A DNA stretch of 64,000 bases from Lingula anatina (lineage: Eukaryota; Animalia; Brachiopoda): NCBI GenBank assembly GCA_051362555.1, contig CM120647.1, positions 19,940,651 through 20,004,650 on the forward strand, given 5' to 3'. A program made the position numbers and the translations under genes. This document shows positions 11,640-25,016 of this stretch, one piece after another. Below the pieces are notes generated by a model. That model did no database searches. It was not told where the DNA came from and worked only from the letters and a program-made list of their open reading frames with translations. Each line of letters opens with the position of its first letter. Position 1 is the stretch's first letter.

Positions 11640-14600
11640 TATATGGAGAAAAGAAAAAAAAGGAGAGAAAGGAGCAGGTAGGGAGAGAGAAAATGAAAAG
11701 GCTAGAAGAACTGCTAAGGGAACAGTTCTCACTATTAAAAGAAGGCTGGAAAATGGAAGAAAAGAAGAAATATCAGTCCTGTTGAAATATGTACTGAACG
11801 AGGCAATGCCCCTCATTGAAAAAATGTCTCAGTTAGAAAATGCAGCGAGACTTACACAAACTAATTGACTTTTAAATGTTTTTCCACTTTTTTTTTTCAC
11901 ACTTGTCCAACTCTGGTACTTGTTACTCTATTTTACCACATGTTTGACATTTGGTGATTATCATCATGGAGCCCATAGAAAGCTATAATGTTTTTTAACA
12001 AATGGTACTTGAGTAAGAACTATAGGTGAGGTGAAGTAAAGCCTCCCTCCCCCCCCCCCCCCAAAAAAAAAAAAAAAGAATTAGGGGAGGGAGGCCCTAG
12101 TTGACATAAAAAGAATCAGTCACTTTTTTCATTTTTGATGTCATACTGTTTTTTTTTTGGACATGAGCAGCTGCATGGCTTTTTGAAATTGTTTAGTATA
12201 GTTCTAGGAAGTAGCAGCAATTGGAATGTGTTTGTAAATGTGTGACATGTTTTTTTTTTTTTTTTCCTTCCAAGTACGTACCACTTGTTACTGTTAGTTA
12301 AAGCATGTTTTATGAATTTCTTTTTGGACAGATGATGACAGATGTGTGCATTGTTAAGCAGGGGTTTGTGCTATTGTGTAAGGTATGTGTGTGTATGTGT
12401 GTGTTTTCTTCTCAGATATTTCTTCTTTGGATATAAGAGATAAACAAGTTTTTTTACAAACTTTTTTCAGGCTGTCTTTTTTCTGAATGGAAACATGCCT
12501 TAAAGTTAGGTGTAAGTAAACATCTTACAAAGGAAAAAAAAATAGTCCAGTGTGTGTAATAAGAGGGATAGGACTTTTCCTCTTTTAAGAGAATCCTTTA
12601 TGCCCATAATACTTAAATATCAAGGTAGTTTTAAGATGAAAGAAAAAAAGAGATCAAGTGAATTAACTATTCATGTATTTCATTTATTGGGTGTGACAAG
12701 ACAAATGCAAAATAATAATAATAACCATGATAATAATGACTATTGAAGCATTTTATTTATTAGGTGTTTAGGACACAGGATGAATGATAAGCAGGTCTGT
12801 GAATGGCCTTCTTTTTGGAGGATTCACTCCTTTCTTTTCATTTGAAACATGAAATTTTGGGTTCTGGATTTTATAGTGAAGTGTTTACAAACAGGTGAAT
12901 TAATTGCAGGTATGAAGTATATTGTGAGAAGGATGTTTATCTATTTATTTATTTATATATTGAGTTTTTTTTCTTTATCTCATTCTTTGTTTCCATTCTT
13001 AGAAAGTACATTTGCAGTTTATCTGGTAAGAACGAATACATGCTCACATAGTAAAATGAGATTATTGCCCAGCCATTAAGTCGGTTATATTTGTATGTCA
13101 CCACTTTCCACTTAAGGTTACTGACAGTGTTTACATGTTGACTACTCCTGCATCGTTGACTGTCACATTTTTTCACGCACACAGCTCTGTGTGTTAGGCT
13201 TCGTGGGGGTAACACTTGCCAAGATCTCGTGACCTTGTGGTTGATAGTACGATCTTGTGGTCGTCTGATTGAACAATAAGAGCAAAGGTTTGACAAATGT
13301 CAGGGATTGGTTTTGAAATGTATTTCAGATAGCAGGTACTCGTGGATCTTCTTGGCAGATGTTTTGATGTATGTGTAAGATATCTTTACGCAATAAATTC
13401 ATGTAGATAAAGGTAATGGGACCAGTGTGTGTAACTTTGTACTATGAATTTCATTCTGACATTTTATTTAAAAAATGCACTGAAAGATCATCAATAAATA
13501 ATTATGTGAGAAAAATGTGAAAAAAATCTCAGATCTTGCAGCTTTGAGAAAGATTTATCAGCTTGAAGAAGCCCCTTTACATAGACCCAAGCGCCCTCTT
13601 TTGAGAAAAAATTTCTTCAGTATGACATAAGTCCACAACCAAATGAGAGAAGCCTAGTTTTGAGATATCAGTGCAAGAATGATGTACACTGATGTGCTCT
13701 GATTTTCAGCTTTTCATTTTTTTTAATTTATTTATTTATTTATTTATTTATTTATTATTTTTTATTTTTTATTTTATTATTATTATTATTTTATTTTTAT
13801 TTTTTATTAATTTTATTTTTATTTTTTTTTTTTTTTGGAGGGTTGAGGGTGGCTTGCATGGTCATAAATTTCTTGAAAAAAGCTTAATTAATGATATCCT
13901 TCCTAAATTGACTTGAAGCCTTTCAGCTATGACTTCTGTATAGTTTTACCCCTGGATATTCTGCAAGTTTCTTATTGCATAACATCCAGGTGCACAGTTT
14001 GTCACCGTCTCCAGTGTCAAAAGTGATAGTGTCACACAGTGTGACTGTCCCGCGGGGAGCTCAGGTGACAAATACGATACTGTCCTTTTTATCACAAGTG
14101 TCGCAGTGGACCTCCTTGAGGAGCAGGCAAAAGTGCGACGATAGCGACACAAATAGAGTGTGGAAGGAGCGCAAATAAGGTACTCAAATATTCAATATTT
14201 GCTCAGACGTAATAGAGCCGTCTGAAGTACTGTTGGAAAGAATTCCCATTCTTGACACCACTTTATTACGGTATTTAAACCAGGAGGACCCATTCACTTG
14301 ATGCTGTTAGATTTTTCAACTGAGTCTATTAAAGGGGATTTTTGAACAGAGTTGTGTAATAATGGACATTTATACCCTTTTAATAGAAGAAACCCTACCA
14401 CTTTATAGGTTAAAAAATAAACAGTTGCTGGCTGTGAGAGTTGCTTTCTCACACAGAGAGAAGGTTTAGGGGGCAATATATACAGCCAGGATTACCCTTA
14501 GCCCTGGATAGAGTTGCTAAACTTGGAGTTAGGTTTAAATGGAAAACTCATTAGCCTAATTGTGTATAACACTCACGTCAACCTTGAATATATTGAGTAT

Positions 14601-16739
14601 ATTTTTATTGGAAATTTAAGGAAATATCAGCTCAGGTAGAGATCACTTGAGGACAGACTTCTTATAATTTTTTATTTATTTTATTTATTTATTTTTTTTT
14701 TTGTATAATCTGAAATATCATAGTATATTTTATGCCATGTTGATATTTGCTGGAAAAAAATTGGCAGGTCTTTTTGTATTTTTTATAAGCTATATTACTT
14801 TGTGATTTGAGTGTTAAAGAGGTTTATGTTATGAAGCTTGAGAAGTTGCATCATATAGAAGCATTTAAAACCTGAAGCATTGTACCTTGGCATTTAACTT
14901 TATTTCAGACGTTAATAACAGGAGACTCATAAAAAAGGAACACTTTTTCTTCAGAATTCACCAGGAATCCTTTGCTATTTATCGTGTAACACGCTTGGTT
15001 TCCAGTAGTTCCACACAAATGCACAAGGCCAATTCTAACTAGATGTGGCGTGTAATTTTTCAGTAAACATCCCCGTTAATAAGTCTGCGGCAAAGTCAAA
15101 GAATCAGCCGGAGCACAGTCTTTAAGACTACAACCCCTGGGTCAGCAGGTGACGGTAAAAGTCGTGCTCAACTCCTCTTTTTAGACCTCTATAAAAACAA
15201 TTCATTGGTGGGTTTCTTTGGGTTAGTATACATCTTTTAACCCTTGTCAAAACATTGCCACCTGTGCTGTGAGCACCTATTGCCCTTAGTAAATAACAAC
15301 AGTGAAGTCAAAGAAAAAACTAGATGGTCTGATAAAGGTGTATGGGTGGAGAGGACTAAATTTGGAGTTTAGGCTTAACAAACAGGTTGCCATCTTAATT
15401 TGGGGCTTAAGCATTGTCGTCTAAATTTGAGGCTTTGCCTTTTATTAATTTATTTATATGTGGATATCACCTGTTTAAGAGCAAAAATCAATTTCTAATA
15501 AGGTAGTTATAGGTCATTTTGCTGTTATATCACCCTCTGTATGGATGAATGAATCATTAGTTGATTAACTTAAAGAATCAGTCAAGAGCTTCGCCAATTT
15601 GTTCTTGTAATTTTAGCAACTGTTAGTTAAAGGCAAAGAGTTTTGGTGGTTACAATTGTTATTATAGTATGTATTCATGTAGCAGTATGAAAATGTGTTA
15701 TTTAATCTGACTAGTATTAACATGATGATCATATATATAAGCAGTCATTAAAACAGAAATGAAGTGTGGGAGATTACTTTTTTTTTCTTTTAAGTTTACT
15801 ATTTATTACAAAAAGAACCAGAGACATGAAAATATAGTTATAATCTCTTCACCCTATCATTTTTGTTTCAAAATATAGTACTACGTGAAATTTAATAAAA
15901 ATGTACTTTCCCTGTTCATGTAGCAGCAAATGTTAATTACCAAAATGTAATATACAACAAAAGATCATTCATACAACAATAGGACATTAACAAGAAAAAA
16001 ATTAATTTGCAAGTAATCAGAGTAGAATAAAACAGGCTTCTTTGCAAATGAGCTATGAATCTTTCCTTAATATAGTGGATACAATTTTTAAAATGCACAC
16101 TTGAGTCCCTTGCCCCGAGGTGGAGCTGAGTGGTCTAACAATAGTGTCTGAGAACCACAAGCTTTAAGTGGAGATCGTGGGGATCACCATTGCATAAAAT
16201 TAGGCTAATGCTGTATGCTAACATTTAGCATGAATGAACACACGCCTCGAGAAAAAACCTTCCATTGAACATTCGTCTGCATGAATGCTCGCGATTGCAA
16301 CGTGCGTTCTGCTCTTACCCCCTCTGTGACATTGAGTGCGTTTTCCATTCAACCAATCATGGCTCTATATTCATGGTTGATCAGAGCCGCAACAAAGCCC
16401 TGGTTTTATTCATGTGTGAATTCAATATTTTGATTATGCCATTTGAAAACCTATCCATTATACCATTTGCCAGGCCCATTGAAAGATAAAGCATGGCCAT
16501 TATATGTATGGTCAATACTAGCCATGAATTATCCATAGGCAGTGGCATAATAGAGTAGCAATGAGTGCCCTGAGTCTGTATGAATGGATGGGGAAGCTAA
16601 ATGGCAAAACTAACAAGTGGTTCAATGGAAAAGTTGAAAATAGCTTGATACATTTTAAAGAGTTCCGCTACAGGTATTGGTTGCATGTAGTGTGTGGGGG
16701 TACTGTATTTGTATACGGAGGTAACCATCTGGAAAATAG

Positions 16740-16940
16740 CCTCAAAGGCGGCTTACGGCTCAGCAAAGACAGCTTCTGGCCCAGCAGTCAGGTGGGCAGT
16801 GATTGGAGAACGGGACTCGCTTAGCAACTCTCGCTTTACAACGAGCGTGAAGTCACGTCTTTGCGACGTACAAGGGGTTCTGTCACACATACACACTCGC
16901 AACTAAACTTTTGAGGAACGCGATTTCAGTATGTCGCAAT
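16740..16940 (+). promoter_or_regulatory. Candidate internal promoter (CpG-enriched; ATTGG, X-box, CRE-like); duplicate at 35575-35775
   Basis: GATTGG at 16801, CTCGCTTAGCAAC at 16816-16828, GTCACGTC; 200-300 bp upstream of the candidate first-exon ATG. Confidence 0.45.
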
Positions 16941-17128
16941 GACATCTGGGTGTGTGAACTTGGGATTTTCTCCCTGGCCCAGTGAGGAAGATTCAGTCAA
17001 ACACACCATAAGAGGAGGAACCACTTCTCACTATGTAGGAGTAGCTGGATAGGATAGTTATCCCCTCACATATATATATATATATATATCACATCACTTC
17101 ACACCTGTCACGAATCACAACTTCACAG

Positions 17129-17173
17129 ATGTCGAATGTCTACTGGGGAGTTAGTTTTCCTAAGAGATCACAG
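17129..17173 (+). CDS. Candidate alternative first coding exon of DYRK4 (MSNVYWGVSFPKRSQ), copy 1
   Basis: ATG plus 14 codons then phase-0 donor CAG|gtatgt; downstream of a CpG-enriched patch with ATTGG and X-box motifs. Confidence 0.5.
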
Positions 17174-17174
17174 G

Positions 17175-17242
17175 TATGTCTCCTGATACAACTAGTTACA
17201 TTGTATATATGTCTCCTGATACAACTTGTTACATTGTATATG
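17175..17242 (+). repeat. Short two-copy tandem repeat (~33 bp) just inside the intron after the candidate first exon
   Basis: TATGTCTCCTGATACAACT(A/T)GTTACATTGTATA x2. Confidence 0.75.
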
Positions 17243-18029
17243 CTGTATGTCTCCAGGTGATATTGTATTGATTTGTATCAGGTTGTATTGGTAAAGGTGT
17301 TTATTAGTATCTACAGTATCAAGTTATATCAATTAATGTAAAACATAATGTATCATATTGTATCAGTAATGACATACAGTTCATATTGTTTTGTATCAAC
17401 ATTGGCAATATTTGGTGTTATTGGTACATTGTTGCTTTACGTTTGAATATGGATTTGGCATTACAATTATCGTTTGATAAATTATGACAGTACAAACATT
17501 TATGTATTTAAATGTGAGGAAAAGGTAAAAAATGACGCATGTCCATTTAGCTGTTGAACCATGATAGAATGTACCGCCAGTCAAAAGTTGTTATAATGTC
17601 TTTCATACAGTTTTCAAGGCATAATGAGATAAATCCAAAAAGCATAGTGTATGTCAAAGTAAATTGGACATTTGTGTTGTGGAATGGTTCTGAAACTATT
17701 TTTACAAATCTAAATTCATTCAGAGATAGCATTAGGGATATTTGAGTGCCAATGTAAGCCTAACTTGAGGCTAAGTGTGGCAAAGGTATATTCATACACT
17801 AATAGTCCTTTTTCCCCAAAAAAATTTTTTTGCATATCTAAATAGAGACTAAAGAATACAGTATAATGCCCACAAGCACTGGAGAGAGTCAGGGAGCCCA
17901 GATTTATCAAGTAATTATTACTTTACAGTATTATTGAAAAGAAGTCAGTCAGTTGTCTTATTATCTGTCAGTTATCAGACTTCGCCGCCCAACTGCATTT
18001 GAAAGGTGAGGGTAGCGAGGGCCTAAGTC

Positions 18030-18236
18030 ATGGTTACAAAAGTCATGAACTGTCTTCCAGTGAGATTAACAAAACAGAATTGCATTGAAGGCAACGCAAT
18101 GCTTACGGACAGGTCATTGTAAAGGGGGTTATGATGGTTACAAAAGTCATGAACTGTCTTCCAGTGAGATTAACAAAACAGAAGTACATTGAAGGCAATG
18201 CCATGCTTACGGACAGGTCATTGTAAAGGGGGTTAT
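18030..18236 (+). repeat. Two-copy tandem repeat, period 104 bp (duplicate at 36865-37071)
   Basis: ATGGTTACAAAAGTCATGAACTG...GGGGGTTAT starts at 18030 and 18134. Confidence 0.9.
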
Positions 18237-19269
18237 CTGGACTGAAGTGGCAGTTGTCATTGACCACTTCCATGAAATGTAGTGTGAAATTGCGTTGGGC
18301 AGCCCCTTTTTTTCTTGTTCTTGAGTGGATAGTTTTTGCTTTAAAGTTAATGCGAGATGTGATGTCTGTAGCTGGTGGCTGTTTTTGTTAAATTTCTCGT
18401 CAGGTGTAATTTGATGATTTGATTTGTTGCCTCATGGAGTGGAAAATATTTTGAGCTGTTTTATGTTGAAGAGCATTTGTAGATCCATTTTCTTTTATAC
18501 TAACATTTGAGAAAAAAAAGTAACAAGTGTCAATTTTTGGATAAGATGCCTTTAGGTTTGATGTATAATTTTGATTAAGTTCCAGACTTTGTTAACAAGA
18601 TGTAAAATGTTTATTGCAATCTGTATCAATTGGGGCACAGTTGTGCAGCTTTGTTATAGCACATAATACATGAGTACATAGTTATGATTGAATTGCAGGA
18701 ACAAAACCTGCCATGTTGAATTAATTGAGATGAGTGCACAATGATTTTGAATTGATTTGGCAAGTTTAATTGTCACGCTGAGTATTGATATTTAAAAAAT
18801 GCTTTCCTTTCCTAGACATGAGTTCACTCTTTTTTTTTTTATTATTTCTTTATTGTTATGATGATGAATTTTTAAATTTATTCATTTTGCTTTTTTCCAT
18901 TTATATATTATTTAGTTATGTATTTTTTGCATATTTTCTTCATTTCCCAGCTCCTACCATTGATATCCGATACAAAGTAGCGTAAATAATGAAAAAGTTT
19001 GCCCCAAAAACAAATAAAGCTAGTTGCAATGCTATAAATAAACCTAAGCCACATTCAGACATGTTTCAGGTTAAGACCGGTTTATGGCCAGATCAAGTTT
19101 ATAGATTATTGGTAGAAATCTGTGGAGTAATGGGGTCTCTGTGCACTCCTAATTGACAAATGCTTGCGGCCAAATTAACCCAGTTACTATTGAACAAATG
19201 TTCATGATTGTCTAAAAAAAAACCTTACAAAAGAGAAATGGAACCTGCCTTCACAGATATTGACAGTAA

Positions 19270-19527
19270 GGCTTCATTCACATGCAATGTCTATTTTCTA
19301 AATTCTATTTTCTATTCGCGGTATGTCTTATGATCACGGTCTGTGCCCTGAATATCCCGCGGCATAATTACTGGCAGTGCGAGCCAGTTACTATAAGTTA
19401 CTATAAGTAACTGGCTCGCGCTGCCAGTAATTACGTGGCGGGATATTCAGGGCACAGACCGTGATCATAAGATAGCGCGTATAGAAAATAGATTTTTAGA
19501 AAATAGACATTCCATGTGAACGAAGCC
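19270..19527. mobile_element. PIF/Harbinger-like palindromic MITE (258 bp), TSD TAA, copy 1
   Basis: GGCTTCATTCACATG...CATGTGAACGAAGCC; almost the whole element is one inverted repeat; TAA on both sides. Confidence 0.88.
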
Positions 19528-22239
19528 TAAAACTGTACATCATTTCTCGTATTGACTGATGCACGAATCGCTGATTAAAAACCAAGAGTGGTGAGAAGTA
19601 AGTCACGATTATTGCCTGCAGCTGGTATGGAGGATGCTCTTGTTGGTTATGCTTTAATGGCAGTTGGGAAATTGGGAATTGAAGAGAGAGGATGGGTCAA
19701 GTGATCAAGTGATGTTTTATATTGCTATGAAACATTAAAAATATAGCAGTACTGGAACAGGTTTCTAATTTTTGGAAATTTAAATTATTTCAGTGGAGTA
19801 AGACAAAGGATACTGAATCATCTTAATAACATTAAGTAGCATTCTTTTTTTTTTTTTTTTTTTTTTTTCTTTTAAGCAAAAAATTAAAGTTTTAACCATT
19901 TTCATTTTATACAGAAACATATATTTTGTCATTTAAAAGAGGAAATTATTTTTATTCAGTGGTGTCTTGCAGCTTTTATTTCTCTTTTAGAAAATTAAGA
20001 TAAACATGATATTTTTTGCGTGAATTTTTATGTTATTTCAAAACTATTTGTTAGCTAATCTTTTTTCGACAAATCTATAAATTTGTCTATATCAGGATAA
20101 TTTTTAATCCCCTAAAAAGTTATGCAGTCATAATTCAGTTCTAAGCAGTTGGGATTTTTTCTGCAGTTAAATTTAAAATATAACAGAATATATATTTTAA
20201 GATATTAAAATTTAAACATCCAGTAAGACAAGAACTGCCGGCACGTTGTTGTTTGGTCAGTGAACAGTGATCTACAAACAGCGGTCAGAAGGTGCAGTTA
20301 TTTCACAGAAAGAGGTCTTTAAGGTCACAGTTAAATATAATTGTTACTATGCACTTGGTCGAATACCAGTGTTTGATGTGACATAATAGACTACTATATA
20401 CGCTAGTATTTCAACGGCATATATACAAGGCTGGGCTGCAGTGCAGTTCTTCTGTGACATAATCTCCCGCAACATGTTTCATATTTTAATAGTCTGTTAC
20501 AACATACTACACTGTTTCATGTTTTATGAGTAAGCAAGGGTTGTGGTTGCGGTATGGTATGGTGCTATAGTTTAACAACAAGGAACAATGGGTTTGTTTC
20601 ATATTTAAAACCATACAGAGGATTTGGTTACAGTAAACTACGAGTGTGATGTAATTCGAACAAAAGTATCACCCAGTATGCCTCAATACCAGATGATTAT
20701 ACACAGCTATTATGTAAGCTGTACATGTTTTATAACACCAGGAAGACGCACCTTAGCATTCATAAACATTTAAGAAAACACAGTTCACTTCTCAATGCAA
20801 ATTTAGCCAAATAATCAACATGTTGTAATCTGTATTAAGCGAGTGGAGGTGTGTAAGAATTTTTGCATTAAGGAGAGGCAGGGTGTCTTTGTAAATGTAA
20901 TGTTAACGTCAAAGCAGGTGTTTAATTAGGGTCGGCCGAGGGGTCAGTCCGTAGAGAAGCTATGGCATGGTACATCTTCATGGAGTGTGAAACTAGCTTT
21001 TGTTGCTTTCTGCACCAATGGTTGCATTGTAGTTTCTGCCAAAGAATTAAAGCGGTATTTCTCACAATGAAGTGAAGATTATTACCGAGATGCTTCTGAT
21101 AAACTTGGATTTCTTTTTAAATGACTTGGTTGCACAGCAGGTTGATGGTGTTAAGTAGAAATCTGTTTGTGTTTGCCCTTGGAAATGAAGGGCTAATGTG
21201 GCCCTTTAAAAGATAAAATGATTTAAAATTGGGGATCGGTTATAAGGGCTTCAGGTGCCTGGGATGAATCAGTATGAGTCACTTAAATGAGCCTGTTTTA
21301 TTCTGAAGAGGAAGCTTCTTATCATTTAGACAAATAGATATTATTTGTACATTATTTGTACATTTTAGTAGACTTTACAATTCAAATACATTCTGGCTTG
21401 AATTTGATCAAAACTTTTGGTCTTAAAGCTTAGACTAACTTTTATCATTTGATATCTTTGGTCAGACTGATACTTGATGATGCAAAAAAAAGATGTCTGT
21501 AAAAGAGCAATGATCTCAGTTCATCACATCCTGACACAATGGTGATGTCACACCTGATGCAACTGTTTTAAAATAAGAGAGCTTTAAATTAAGAAGTTTT
21601 AATTTTTGTGAGGCAAGTTTTTGGGCCTGTGAATTAGGACAGCTCTGGAAAACTCTATCAGGAAGGAGGACAAAAAAGACCTAGAGGTAGACAAAGAAGT
21701 GCATTTTTCAACCAAAGTGTTGACTGAAGCTAGTTCACCTAATTTTGTAATTATAACTCTTCACACAAAAATATATAGCATCTATAAGTAAGATTCTGGC
21801 CTAGGAGGGACCCAGTGCTGTATTTTAAAGGTATTAGTACTGCCCATATCCCTCTACTTGGTGTCCTAAGATTACATCAGTGCCCCTTGGGTCACATCCC
21901 ATTCATATGTAACTCTTCATAGAAATATATAATAGCAACACCAACCTCCCAACCCAACCTGAGTCACTCAACCTACTGAATAAAGACAGAGACTTCTTTT
22001 CAGACTGGCTCTCAGCTGTGAATGCATGTTGACAACGTGCACGCGACGGCACAGCGTGCTGTCCTTGGGGTGTTTATTTTGATAAGGTGTCTACCTTGTT
22101 GTAACAGTAGCAAAGGTCTTCCCTTGCCTCAGGTGTTTGAATTCTCCCCTAGCCTTCCGCCATTGTATCTGCACCTTGTGTGTTGAAGTATTAACAAAAA
22201 AAGCAATATGTTACACTGTAAATGAACTACGATTTGACT

Positions 22240-22345
22240 TTATTGGTTACCGCACATTGCGCTAATTAAAGACTGAGTAAACAACTAATGGGTGCATGCG
22301 TTTAGTGGTCTGAACTGTGATTGGTCAGTTTACGTCATCTCTATT
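22240..22345 (+). promoter_or_regulatory. Candidate further internal promoter (two inverted CCAAT boxes plus CRE-like site); duplicate at 41075-41180
   Basis: ATTGG twice and TTACGTCA (22330-22337). Confidence 0.3.
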
Positions 22346-22758
22346 CGGTGGATTTCAGTACCTTTGTCTGGTAGTCTAGGCTTGGGTGAAAGAGCAAGAC
22401 TTTAGAGTAGCAATTTTTGTAAAGTGTTTTGTACTGTAGGGGGTATACCAAGTATGCTGTCCCAAATAACAAGCTTTGCTTCTTTTGGAGTAACTTCATA
22501 TGACTTAAAGATTTTGAGCACCAGAAGTTTGCTTGGTTAAGTTTCACTAAAGAAACTTTAAACCAAAAGTTAGCCTTTATACCACACTGTTTTTATTTTA
22601 TTATTTAATTTTTAATTTTTTATTTTTTAGTAAATCCACATTATTATGTGGCCATTGTTTCTGGTAATGGCTTCATGAATCTGTGAATTTTCTATTCTAG
22701 ACTAGTGTATTTGTTAAGTAACAGTTTCTCTGCCCCCTCCCCAACACACACACATGCA

Positions 22759-22790
<32 letters not shown>

Positions 22791-24524
22791 GCCTTTGCCA
22801 TTCCCAACCAGGCTGCATGTAATACCAGCCCAGAGCACTTATTGTGGATGAACCAAGTAAGGAGAAAATACACAGGAACCAAACCAGCCAATCATCTTAG
22901 TTGAAGATGAGCATTGTTTATCCGCCTTAGAGGTTAAGATAAAAGCAGATTATTTATTTACCTTGCAAGGTTTTGGTCTCAATTTCTTGTTTTTAAACCC
23001 AAAGGGATGTGTATTCATAGCACTTGCTGTGGGCAAGAATTTGTTCAATTTTCCTCTTACCTGATGAGGTTTTGACCATGCATTTCCCTCACAAATTGGA
23101 CAGGAATTTGCCTTACTTGCTATTTACCCAGCAAGTGTTTGATTAGGATTTCTTTAGTTTAGGATTTTACATTTCATACTAATTGGACAAGAATTTGACC
23201 AGGTAGATCAGATAACCCACATTTTGAGGTGGCATTTGTACTTTACATGGGGACTAGAATTGGTAAATGTAGGATACTAGTTCTTCATGTTTTTTTTTTT
23301 TTTTTTTTTAATCCAAACCAGTAATTCTTCTTTCCACTTCAATAAACATCCCTAGGGCAAAACAAATGGTTGTCCTTGTTCTGAACTCTCTGTACATTAA
23401 CTAGGAATTGTTTTGTAAGTCTTGAAGGTTTAGATGGAAATGCATGTTAAGTAAAACACCTCAGATGTCTGTGTTTTTTTTAAGGTTCTTGTATTGGTAG
23501 ATGTGGTTTGTAATTATTCAGAATGGTAAAATAAAACTTTTTTCTTTGGCATCAGCTTTCTATGTCCTGTAGCATTTTTCCATAGAGTATTTGGATGCCT
23601 GAAAAGAAAATGGAATTATCAAGAAATTCTTTGCACAATTATCTCTATATTTATTTATAAATAATGTTTATTATCATCATTATTATGTCATTTATTTTAT
23701 TTTAATTTAATTATTATTATTATTACTTTTTTTTTTTTTTTTTTTGCCAATAAAGGTATTACGTGCCAGTAACAAGTATACAGGGTAGTGTGCTTGGTCA
23801 CCATGACAACAAACTATTTCTGTATCAAACTGTGAACAAGGTGCTGATGTCAGCATTAATGCTGTAATCTCGTCATTCTGCAGGGCATTAATTCCCATTT
23901 TCTCAGAACACGTTGCAAATTTAGCCATCAACATATTAATCTTCAGTGCAAACATAACAATTTATCTTCTAGATGTTGTTAATGACTGTTCTTTATGGGC
24001 TGTTACACAACAGAGCCAAGAGTGTTTTCCCAGAATTTGGGTAAAGGTGATCATATTAACCATGAGTCAACCTATTTTTTTTTTAATCTTTGTTTAGTTT
24101 CTGAAGTGCACTTGTTACTGTGAGCCTGTATTTTGTACTCAGGCAGATGTTTTTAACATCAATGCAAAGTTTCTGGGTTACCTGCTCATGGAGAAAAGTT
24201 GTAAAGAAAACCTTGTTGGCTACTTGGATAAAAGAGAAAAAAAAATTGAGAAAGAAATTAGTTTGGGAGTTCTTTGTGCCTAAATAGTAATACTGTTAAT
24301 AGATTTCAATTAGTTGTTTTTTCTTTGACTGATTAATTGATTTATGTTGCTATCATTCACTCTTGTAAGAATTGGAAGATGATTCTTTGCAAGGAAGTTA
24401 TTAGGAAGTATTAAATGTCATCACAGGAGATACTAGTAAAACCTCTGAAAGAATCTTCTTGGGCTATATTTAGCTTTTAATTCAGATTTGAAGATTGGCA
24501 TGATATTCACTATCAGATCAGCTT

Positions 24525-25016
24525 TAGGCCTGTAGCCAGCAGCTTCATAGGAGAGTGGAGTTTTTTTTTTTTTTTTTTTTAAGTGGACGTTTGTACCATG
24601 ATACTGACTAATACCTGGTAGGACCTAGATCAAATTTTGATTCAGAGCAGATCTTTTCACAGCCAAAAGGATGATGTTTCAGAAACCCCGTCTTCCAAAA
24701 ATTATGAGGATAAAGAATTCCCTACTGGCTTCCTGTGTGATAGGTGGATAGGTTATAGGGTAGAACTGATAATGGCTGGTATTTCAAGGTGTCTGGGCTG
24801 AAAAGGGCAAATATCTGTGATATATGCAACAGCCATATCAACAATGTTACAAAGATGCAATCCCGTAACCAGCAATATTAAAAAAGTGGACCTTTTACCA
24901 TGAAACCTACATGTACCTTCATAAAATTTTACCCAGAGGGGACCTTTTCCTGACAAAAAGAGGGGGTTCTTTGAAACTCCGAAATTCCCGAACCCCACCC
25001 CTGGCTACCGGCCATG
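24525..25016. mobile_element. Putative old hAT-like MITE (duplicate at ~43360-43851)
   Basis: Inverted ends GGCCTGTAGCCAG / CTGGCTACCGGCC; no clear TSD. Confidence 0.4.

Noticed and set aside
13692-13916. Hydrophobic F/I/L-rich ORFs (also 551, 11000, 18785, 49687)
   Set aside because: Translations of T-rich low-complexity or microsatellite DNA.
22454-22489. Short exon MLSQITSFASFG after the CCAAT/CRE cluster
   Set aside because: The donor GGA|gtaact is weak; insufficient support without transcripts.
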